Below, piece by piece: positions 14,815 through 23,494 of a stretch of DNA of 32,837 nucleotides. The DNA is taken from the NCBI GenBank assembly GCA_944358565.1, contig CALVRK010000002.1, positions 1-32,837 of the forward strand, read 5' to 3'. Origin of the DNA: an uncultured Bacilli bacterium. Lineage in GTDB: Bacteria > Bacillota_I > Bacilli_A > RF39 > UBA660. The notes beneath the pieces are model-generated. The model saw only the letters and a program-made list of their open reading frames with translations. It was not told where the DNA came from and searched no databases. Position numbers and translations under genes: made by a program. Every line of letters starts with the position of its first letter. Within the stretch, counting starts at the first letter, position 1.

Positions 14815-17800
14815 ATGCATAGAAGTAAAAGAAAAAGAAATATTATAATATTTAGTTTAGTGGGCGTATTACTTTGTATGGTAGTAGGATATGCGGCCTT
14901 TCAAACTAGATTAGAAATAAAAGGAACAAGTAAAGTAACTAGTAACTGGGATATTAGAATAACTAATGTCACAGATGGCACTTCAACAGGTCAAGCTGAA
15001 AATGCGATTAAACCATCTTATACAGCATTAACTGGCAACTATGGAGGCAAATCTTTATGATAAAGGTGATGCCATGGAATATGATGTCACTATCGAAAAT
15101 AAAGGAACTTTGGATGCTAAATTAAATGATATTTTAACTAATTTAGAAAATTCAAACAATGAAGCAGTATTAATAACATTCTCGGGTTATACTAAAGGTG
15201 AAATATTAAAATCAGGAGAAAGTAAATTAGTCCATGTAAAAATAGAATATAATCCCGAATATGAAGGTGGGGAAACATCTAGTGAAGTTGAAATAGTTTT
15301 TGATTATATTCAAGATGATAAAAGTGAAGATACTCCAACGACATATTTATTAACTTATGATTATAAGACCAATGGAGGTGAACGAGTTGATAGCGAAGGA
15401 GAATATTTAGCTAGTGGAAGTAATGTAGATTTAACTAATATCGCTTATAAAACAGGTTATAGATTTGTAGGATGGAATACAGATAAAGATGCTAAGGTAG
15501 GAATGACTAGTTATCAAATGAAAGAAGGACCGGCAACTTTATATGCTATTTATTCAAAAGATTTAAAAGTAACTTATGAAAAAGGAAATAATATCCAAAG
15601 TATAGGAAAAATAGAAGATCAATGTACTATTTATAATAATGAAGCATCATGTGAAGTAACTTTGCCATCTATTACACCAAATAATGGGTATAGTGTAGAT
15701 GGATGGTATAATGGTAATAATAAAATAGGGAATTCAAATGATAAATATAAAGTGACAGCTAATATTACTTTAACTTCAAAAGTAAAACAAAATATATATA
15801 CAGTAACATATGACTATAAAACAAACGGTGGAACAAATTCTACTAAAACAACAGATAAAGTGGGTTATGGAGAAAATGTTGATTTAACACCAACAGCTAC
15901 CAAAGAAGGTTGGACATTTGTAGGATGGAATACAGATAAAGATGCGACAACTAAGTTATCATCATTAACTATGGGTAATAGTAATGTTACTTTGTATGCG
16001 ATATATAGAAAAGAAGCTAAACAGGTAACTATAACCTTTAATAAAAATGGAGCTACAAGTCAAACGCCAAATGGAGGTTCAGCTAATAGTAATACTACTA
16101 TAACTCAAAGCTGTACTATTCCAGCAGTTTATAATAATGCTACGCAAGAGAGTAGCTGTAATATAACAAGTCCAACAATTAATGCATCAAGCACAACTCC
16201 AACAGTAGTTGGATATAATACTAGTGCCCAAGCTACTTCTTCATCATGGAATCAAAATACAAGTAAAGCCGTAAGTAGTGATGCAACATATTATGCAATA
16301 ACTAGAAGTGCAACTCAATTAACGGCTTCATTTAATGCTAATGGAGCTACTATTGGTGCAACTAATGCTTCATGTTATAGATATAATGGAGAAGCAAGTT
16401 GTAATGTCACTACTCCAAGTATAACTAGAAGTGGTTTTACTATAACTGGTTGGGGAACAAGTAGCTCGGCGACGACCGCAGAAATAAATGCTAATTCATT
16501 GCTTAATTTAACAGAAAACAAAACATATTATGCAGTAACGAGTAAAGTGGTAACAGTTACATATAATAAGGATTCAACAGTATCAGCTATTGGAAGATCA
16601 GAGGATACTTGTACAATTCAAAATAGTGCAACAAATTGTGGGGTAACTTTACCAAGTATTACAGTTGATGATACTCATATTTTAGATGGATGGTATAAAG
16701 GTTCTACTAAAATTGGAAATCCTAATGCCAAATATAATGTTAGTGACAATATTACTTTGACGGCTAAAGGTAAGGCTGATACTACGGCGCCTACTATTAC
16801 TTTTACTCCAAATAATTATGCTACTTATGTTGCCGATGGTTTAGATGTTGAAGTTACTGTTAAAGATGAAAAACCATTAAGGTTTAGTAATGTAAGTTAT
16901 GGTTGGAGTACTTCAGCAACTACTGCTCCATCAGAATATACTAGTATCGATGTTGATTCTAGAACAAATGAAACATCATTTATTATTCCAGGTGAGTCTA
17001 ATTCAAATATATCAGGCATTTATTATTTATGGTTAAATGGTACTATTTCTGATGCTGCTGGTAATAATTCTAAAACCCCTGCTATTAGTGGTGCTTTCTA
17101 TTTTGATAATGAAAAACCTACTGTTAGTATTACATCTACAAAAACAGGAAATGATGTTAGTGTAAAAGCAATTGCAAATGACGGTTATAGTGGTATTAAT
17201 AAATATTATTTTAGTAAAGATGGTGGTCAAAATTATATAGAAACTACTAATGATAATTATACTTTTATCGATTTAGAGCCAGGTAATTATATAATAACTG
17301 TTTATGTTACTGATAAGGCAGGTAACCAATCAGAGTTGGCTACGAAAACTGAAGGAATAGGTGCAGAAGATTTCTGTAAAGGTAATGGTATTGATGATTT
17401 TGGTGATTGTTTAATTGCAACTGAGGCTAAAGAGTCTAATATCAATACAGCCAAATCAATTATTAAAGGAAAAGGTACAACTGATGTTACAAAAGCTAGT
17501 CCAAGTGTGGTATATAAAGAAGTGCATTCAGCATCTACTACTACTGTAACTAGTAGTAGATCAGAGATATATGTTGGAACCGGTTATACATTTGATTCAT
17601 CGAAAGGTATGTATACTTTATCTAACTGGCAATTGCGAGATACGGAAAGCATTGATTTTAAATCTAGTAATTATTATGTTACTGCTAATTTTGATATAAA
17701 TTCTACAATATCAGGCTGGACAAGTTCTGGTACAATTTATAAAATTGTTAATATGAAAACAACAACTGCGGCATCTGGTCAAAAAACTTATACATATACA

Positions 17801-18982
17801 GTTTATAAGTATAATATTGCTCCAATATCATACAATACTGCAGATGTGGGAATGTTTTCTGATGTAGATGATCAAGGTGATTCGTTTTATTATCGCGGTT
17901 CTATCAGTAATAATTATGTTAAATTTGCCAATAAGATATGGCGAGTTATTAGGGTAAATGGTGACGGTAGTGTTCGAATGATCTATGATGGTACTTCAGC
18001 ACATAGTAATGGTGAAAAGAGTGATAATAGACAAGTCGGAACATCAAGATTTAATTCGTATTATGCCGATAACACATATGCGGGATATATGTATGGAAAT
18101 CCGGATGATTTTGGAGCAACGAAACCAAGAGATACATTTTTATGGGAAAAAAGTGATATTCAACCTGATACAACGTATTATTATGGGACAAGCTATACCT
18201 TGTCGGGCCGGTCTTATAAATTAGCTGGGACAATTACTTCTGGTAAATATAATTCTAGTAGAGTTGGAAAATATACTTGTTTTAGCACTTCTAAAACAGG
18301 CACTTGTCAAAGATTGGCTTTAATTAAGGAATATAAATCTGAAACTACTGCTTTGTCTCAAGTTTTGGCATATGGAAGTCAAAATAAAACTGCAGCGAGA
18401 AGTAATGTTACAGATAGTAGTATAAAAACGTATTTAGATGATTGGTATGTTGATAACTTTACTACAGCGCAGCGTAATAAATTATCTAAAAGTGCTGTTT
18501 TCTGTAATTCACGTGTTGTTTATCCTAACTTAACAGAGCCAGATAATTATAATAATTATGCCTATGGATTAAATCCAACAAGTTATTCTATTGGAAAAAT
18601 AAGAAGTTTATCTACGTATGGTGCGACATATAGCTGTGAAAATATTGATAGTTTTAGTGTAAATACGACATATGGTAATGGTGATTTGACTTATCCGATA
18701 GGTCTAATTAGTTTAGATGAAGCATTAAGATCCGGTTTAACTGCGGGTGTTTCAAATACGCTTAATTATTTGTATACTGGTAATGGTTATTGGACTATGA
18801 CACCTGCTGGTATAGGTTCATCTGCATATATGACAATTATTCATATAGGCATAAGTGGCGCTCTAGGTAATTATCAATCTAGTATTTCTTCTGTAGGTGT
18901 AAAACCAGTTATTAATATAACCACTTCGTCAATTAGCTATTCTGGAAATGGTACACAAGATGATCCTTATGTATTATCATAG
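14815..18982 (+). pseudogene. Giant mosaic surface protein (about 1388 aa if repaired), paralogue B of the GYAAF-signal family, split by a +1 frameshift near 15034-15035
   Basis: Track ORFs 14815..15060 and 15041..18982 overlap. Removing one G of the GG at 15034-15035 gives ..SYTALTATMEANLYDKGDAMEYDVTIENKGTLDA. That matches ..TTATFKTNLVSPSDSMTYTVTVANEG in paralogue A and ..LSATFNANLTTPGSSVTYDVTV in paralogue C. RBS aagaggtgg precedes ATG 14815. Confidence 0.7.
15344..16771 (+). repeat. Six tandem repeats of about 75 aa (Listeria-Bacteroides/Flg_new-like) inside the giant gene
   Basis: Units recur as Y.(V/L)TYDYKTNGG...GY.FVGWNTDKDA...LYAIY and a Cys-pair variant C..N..ASC.VTLPSIT..G..(V/L)DGWY. 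The 30-nt stretch atttgtaggatggaatacagataaagatgc occurs twice (about 15470 and 15910). Confidence 0.6.
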
Positions 18983-19025
18983 ATTTTTGATAATAAGTTA
19001 TTAATTAAAGAAAGTTGGAATTGCT

Positions 19026-19415
19026 ATGAAAAAAACAAGTAAAATAGTTTTATTCTTTGTTTTGACACTTATAATAATTTTAATAATAGTTTTAATTTTA
19101 TTATTTGGAAGTAAAAAAAATGAAAAGGTTGAAATTGATACAGTTGAAGATTTATATAAGCAAGTTGTTGACAAAAACAAGAAAAATGAAAATTATCATT
19201 ATAAGTTATATGGGTATACTTATGACGAAAATCAAAATGTAGAAATGTCTATTATGCAGGCATATGTAGAAAATAATAAAGTGTATGACATGGACGGGAA
19301 AGAGATTGGCGATTATTCTGATGATACAATAGATGAAATGTTAGATAAAGCTACTACTAAAATATATTATTTTACATTTAAAAATGGGAAATATGTTTTA
19401 AAATCATCAAAATAA
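19026..19415 (+). CDS. Small N-terminally membrane-anchored protein, unknown function
   Basis: 129-aa ORF with one TM helix (IVLFFVLTLIIILIIVLILLF), 43 nt after the giant gene. Confidence 0.55.
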   Translation: MKKTSKIVLFFVLTLIIILIIVLILLFGSKKNEKVEIDTVEDLYKQVVDKNKKNENYHYKLYGYTYDENQNVEMSIMQAYVENNKVYDMDGKEIGDYSDDTIDEMLDKATTKIYYFTFKNGKYVLKSSK

Positions 19416-19656
19416 ATTTTTGAAAGTTTGGCACTTCCGTGTTAACTTTTTAAGTGCTATATGTATGTTTTTAAGAAAGATTAATAAGCTAGTGTTTATG
19501 CTGGCTTTTTTCTTTACCACAATTTCCCATATTTCTATCAAAATTTTACCATAATAATTTAGTATGATTATTACAGAGCAAAGATGAAAAGCTCTTAGAA
19601 AGGTTGTGATAGATGATATTAAAAAATAGTGTTATACTATAAATGAGGCGATAATA

Positions 19657-20310
19657 ATGTATAAAATTTGTTTAGTTGAAGATGAAAAAAATTTAAATGA
19701 TCTGATCAAGTCTTATTTAGAAAGAGCAGGTTATGAGGTAGTTCAATATTATAATGGAACAGATGCTTTAAATCACGTAGGTGATAAAACCGATTTATGG
19801 ATATTAGATATAATGTTAGGCGACGAAGTAAGTGGCTATGACATTATAAAAAAAATAAGAGAAAGTAAAGATGTTCCAGTAATATTTACATCTGCTAGAG
19901 ATCAAGACTTAGATAAAATTATAGGCTTAGAGTTAGGAAGTGATGATTACGTAACTAAGCCATATTCACCAAAAGAACTAGTGTTAAGAGTTAATAATAT
20001 TATAAAAAGAACTTATATGGGGCAAACCCAAAAGATAATGTATGATACTTATGAAATTGATGTTGATAAAAGACTAGTTAAAGATGAATCTAAAGAACTT
20101 TCTCTCACTACTTTGGAATTTGACCTACTATTAATGCTAGTCCAAAATAAAAATAAATCATTTTCAAGAAGCCATATATTGGAGACTGTTTGGGGTGAAA
20201 ACTATTTCGGTAGTGATAGGGTAGTAGACGACTTAGTCAGAAGATTAAGAAAGAAAATGCCTAAACTAAGATTAAACACCATTTATGGATACGGGTATAG
20301 ATTATCATGA
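19657..20310 (+). CDS. OmpR-family response regulator
   Basis: Receiver domain (LWILDIMLGD) plus a winged-helix output domain (LTTLEFDLLLMLV..YGYGYRL). Confidence 0.9.
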   Translation: MYKICLVEDEKNLNDLIKSYLERAGYEVVQYYNGTDALNHVGDKTDLWILDIMLGDEVSGYDIIKKIRESKDVPVIFTSARDQDLDKIIGLELGSDDYVTKPYSPKELVLRVNNIIKRTYMGQTQKIMYDTYEIDVDKRLVKDESKELSLTTLEFDLLLMLVQNKNKSFSRSHILETVWGENYFGSDRVVDDLVRRLRKKMPKLRLNTIYGYGYRLS

Positions 20311-21566
20311 ATTTAAGACATAATTTATACCGTCAAATTTTAACTATCGTTTTAGTCATGTTTGCTCTCATATATATAAGTTTTGCGATTATACTCCCAA
20401 AAGTCTTAATACCGTTTTATGAAAAGAACATCTATCTTTACTTGCAAACTCCACTAGATATCATAAGTGATGACTCGATTGCCACTGAAATAGATAGTAG
20501 TGTAGCGTATATTTATGAAAAAGATGATGATATTACAGTTTCTAGTAACTTAGGTGAAATAATAGATCTTAAAGCTAATCAAATTTTAGAAAACATAAAC
20601 GGGAAATATGGTAAATTCACTTACCAGAATAAAACTTACTACTATAATACACTTAATGACGTCTTTGGTTATAAAATCGCAATAACTAGTGATAACTATA
20701 TTCGTCAAATGCGGGCTGATATTTTAGAAGCTTTATTCCCAGTTCTCTTGATCACTTTGTTACTAATGCTTGCTATAGTAGCTTGGTGGAGTCAGTCCCT
20801 CGCCCAAAAAATTCGTCATCTAAAAGAAAAAGTAGATAATCTAGATAATGATAACTACGTCGACAAATATAATTATAAAGTAGATGATGAATTAAAAGTC
20901 CTATCTAAAGCCATCGATGAAATGAAGCTTACCCTACATAAACAAGAAGAATATAAAAACAAAATGTATCAAAATATTTCTCATGATTTTAAAACCCCTC
21001 TCACCGTTATAAAATCATATATTGAAGCTATTGAAGATGGTGTTGAAGATGAAAAAGATGGACTAAAAATTATAAAACAAGAAATTAAAAAATTAGAAAT
21101 TAAAGTACACTCCTTACTATATTTAAATAAATTAACGTATTTTAAAGATATGGAAAATTATAAAAGTGGACAGACTAATATAGTTGATTTACTTGAAACT
21201 TCCGTATCTAAGTTTAAAGTGGCTAGGCCAGATATTAAATGGCAAATCGATATTTTAGATAAAAAAACGGATTTTAAAGGAACTACAGAAATGTGGGAAG
21301 CTATTATTGATAATATCTTAAGTAATTTTATAAGATATGCAAAAAAAGAAGTAAAAATAACGGTAAAAAATAGACGTATTACTTTCTATAATGATGGACC
21401 AAATATCGATAAAAACATTTTAGACGACATGTTTACTCCTTACAAAAAAGGTATCAACGGTCAGTTCGGATTGGGGTTATCTATTGTTAAGCAAACCCTA
21501 TCCCTACTAGGGTATGAAGTAACCGCTAAAAACGAACGTACTGGGATATCCTTTATAATAAAATAA
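20307..21566 (+). CDS. Sensor histidine kinase
   Basis: Two TM helices, H-box SHDFKTPLT, N-box IIDNILSNFIRYA, G-box GLGLSIVK. An ATGA overlap joins it to the regulator gene. Confidence 0.9.
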   Translation: MNLRHNLYRQILTIVLVMFALIYISFAIILPKVLIPFYEKNIYLYLQTPLDIISDDSIATEIDSSVAYIYEKDDDITVSSNLGEIIDLKANQILENINGKYGKFTYQNKTYYYNTLNDVFGYKIAITSDNYIRQMRADILEALFPVLLITLLLMLAIVAWWSQSLAQKIRHLKEKVDNLDNDNYVDKYNYKVDDELKVLSKAIDEMKLTLHKQEEYKNKMYQNISHDFKTPLTVIKSYIEAIEDGVEDEKDGLKIIKQEIKKLEIKVHSLLYLNKLTYFKDMENYKSGQTNIVDLLETSVSKFKVARPDIKWQIDILDKKTDFKGTTEMWEAIIDNILSNFIRYAKKEVKITVKNRRITFYNDGPNIDKNILDDMFTPYKKGINGQFGLGLSIVKQTLSLLGYEVTAKNERTGISFIIK

Positions 21567-21598
21567 GAAAGCTTTCTTTCTCTCGAAGCTTTCTTTTT
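21566..21598 (+). terminator. Rho-independent terminator after the kinase gene
   Basis: agaaagctt (21566-21574) pairs with aagctttct (21586-21594), followed by a T-run. Confidence 0.6.
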
Positions 21599-21611
21599 GC
21601 ATATTAATATA

Positions 21612-21638
21612 TGAAAAAAAGTCCATAATCATGGACTT
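21612..21638 (-). terminator. rpmB terminator
   Basis: aagtccat (21619-21626) pairs with atggactt (21631-21638). The A7 run on the plus strand is a T-run on the minus strand. Confidence 0.55.
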
Positions 21639-21810
21639 ATGCAGCTAACATTTTTTTAATAGTTTTTAACTCACGAGCAGTTACTCTATATTTTTTACCA
21701 TTAATAGTTACTGTTTGTAAATTTGGTTTAAATGCATGTCTAGTCGCATTTAAAGCGTGTGAACGACGATTACCAAATAAAGGTTTCGTATCTGTTATTT
21801 TTTTTGCCAT
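21637..21810 (-). CDS. rpmB: 50S ribosomal protein L28
   Basis: Hand translation gives [57 protein letters not shown] (57 aa). RBS aaggaggg is present. It is below the ORF-track length cutoff. Confidence 0.85.
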   Translation of the reverse strand: MAKKITDTKPLFGNRRSHALNATRHAFKPNLQTVTINGKKYRVTARELKTIKKMLAA

Positions 21811-21901
21811 GATTATCCCTCCTTAAGTTTTTTCTTCGCTATATAACTTTATCACAATATCTGTGATAAGTCAAATACATATAAGTAAATATATGAAAAT
21901 A

Positions 21902-23317
21902 TTAATGAAATCCAACCTTTTTTCTGTTTTCTGAAGCTTTTTTTCTTGCAACATATGATTTACTTTGATCTTTTGGAACTTTTAAATGCACTTCTTTCTT
22001 ATCTCCAGAAAATACATCAAATAATTCGTCACTTATAATCCCATCAAATACTGTTTTTAAGCTTCTGGCTCCGCACTCTAATGCTTCCGCTTCAGCAACT
22101 ATATAATTGATTAATTCATCATCATAAGAAAATTTAATTCCTAACTCCTCAAATAATTTTTGATAAGTATTAATTGGACTCAATTTAGATTCAAGTAAAA
22201 TTCTTCTATAATCATTCTTGGAAAAATGGTTCATTGGCACTAATTTAGAAAATCTTCCCATAACTTCACGCATAATTCCTTGATCAATAAAATCTTTTAT
22301 TGAAACATCTGAATAATCATCATTCTTCTTTATTCCACTAAAAGCGCCTAAAGCAACAACTGTTAACTTAGATGTATTAAAGTCAATTAAATTACCATCA
22401 TAATTATCTTCTCTAAAGGTAATTGTTCCGCCATCAAGTAATTTTAAAAGTGATCTTTGAACTCCATTTCTAGAAGGGCCTTCTGTCGCACCATCCGCAC
22501 CGCCTTCACCAAGCTTATCAAACTCATCGATAACTAGAATACCTTTTTCTGCTAAATGGACATCATTACCAGCGAGAGAGTAAAGATCACCAAGCATTTC
22601 TGACACATCTCTTCCAACATACCCTGTTTCTGAAAATGAAGTCGCATCCTCAATGACAATTGGCACATCACAAAGCTTAGCTATTTGCGTTAATATTTCT
22701 GTTTTACCAGTACCTGTTGGTCCATATACAATTATATTTTCTTTTAATTTTGCTATTGTTCTATCATCTAATGAAGAGTTAATAATTTTCTGATTTTTAT
22801 AAACTGATGCAAGAATTTGTTTAACTTGTTCATCTTGGGAAATTATTGTTTCTCTAATCTGATCATACATTTTTAAGATATTTAAATTGATCTCTGTTTT
22901 TTTCTTCTTTTTCTTATTTGCTTTTAAAAACTGTTTATCTTTTATCTCTTCAAATTCATTTTTCTTAAAGTTCCATAAATAACACTTGCCAACTTTTTTT
23001 TCAAACATTTTTAAAAATTCTATAGGCTTATAATCACCATATTCTTCACATAGTTCAGAAATATATTTAAAATCTACTGCAAACTTATTTCCATCAAACT
23101 CATTTACAAATTCAAATTCTTCACCAACATTTTCCATCAAAGATACAAATGTATAATCCTCAGTTCTAAAACCAATGTCGGCGCATTCAACCTCATAATA
23201 TTCTCTAACCCCTTTACCTTCTTTAATAACTCCGCGTTTAGGCTTATAAATAAAAGTAATTCCTAAATTATCTAAAATATAATCTGCCGAAAACACTTGT
23301 ATTAATTCGTGGTTCAT
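21902..23317 (-). CDS. ClpX/HslU-like AAA+ ATPase with a novel N-terminal domain of about 170 aa
   Basis: Walker A GPTGTGKTE, pore-loop-like ETGYVGRDV, Walker B ILVIDEFDKL and a C-terminal ARSLKTVFDGIISDELFDV. There is no Cys4 zinc-binding domain and no IGF-type loop. Confidence 0.75.
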   Translation of the reverse strand: MNHELIQVFSADYILDNLGITFIYKPKRGVIKEGKGVREYYEVECADIGFRTEDYTFVSLMENVGEEFEFVNEFDGNKFAVDFKYISELCEEYGDYKPIEFLKMFEKKVGKCYLWNFKKNEFEEIKDKQFLKANKKKKKKTEINLNILKMYDQIRETIISQDEQVKQILASVYKNQKIINSSLDDRTIAKLKENIIVYGPTGTGKTEILTQIAKLCDVPIVIEDATSFSETGYVGRDVSEMLGDLYSLAGNDVHLAEKGILVIDEFDKLGEGGADGATEGPSRNGVQRSLLKLLDGGTITFREDNYDGNLIDFNTSKLTVVALGAFSGIKKNDDYSDVSIKDFIDQGIMREVMGRFSKLVPMNHFSKNDYRRILLESKLSPINTYQKLFEELGIKFSYDDELINYIVAEAEALECGARSLKTVFDGIISDELFDVFSGDKKEVHLKVPKDQSKSYVARKKASENRKKVGFH

Positions 23318-23494
23318 TCATAACAGTCCTTTCAAATTTTATAAATTAATTATAACAGTTTATCTGATATTTTGTAAATAAAAATAAGACCAAAACGTAT
23401 GAAAAATAAGGTTAAACTCAAAAATAAAACAAATTTGTAATCAATTTTTGTAATAATCATCAAAAATATAGTAAAATAAAAGAGGAGGGATATT

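Noticed and set aside
14815-15060. Treating 14815..15060 (81 aa) and 15041..18982 as two genuine overlapping genes
   Set aside because: The joined reading frame reproduces the motif order of paralogues A and C across the junction. A single-base frameshift in one gene is therefore the simpler explanation. The internal ATG at 15041 has no RBS.
17033-18233. Short ORFs 17033..17230(-), 17985..18224(+) and 18051..18233(-) inside the giant gene
   Set aside because: They are embedded in, or out of frame with, the 1313-aa ORF, and have no independent signals or recognisable motifs.
21619-21638. Terminator hairpins at 21619-21638 and 29886-29905 share the arms aagtccat/atggactt, which could indicate a small repeated element
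   Set aside because: Only about 9-nt arms are shared and the flanks differ. Chance recurrence of a palindromic 8-9-mer containing CCATGG is plausible in 33 kb.
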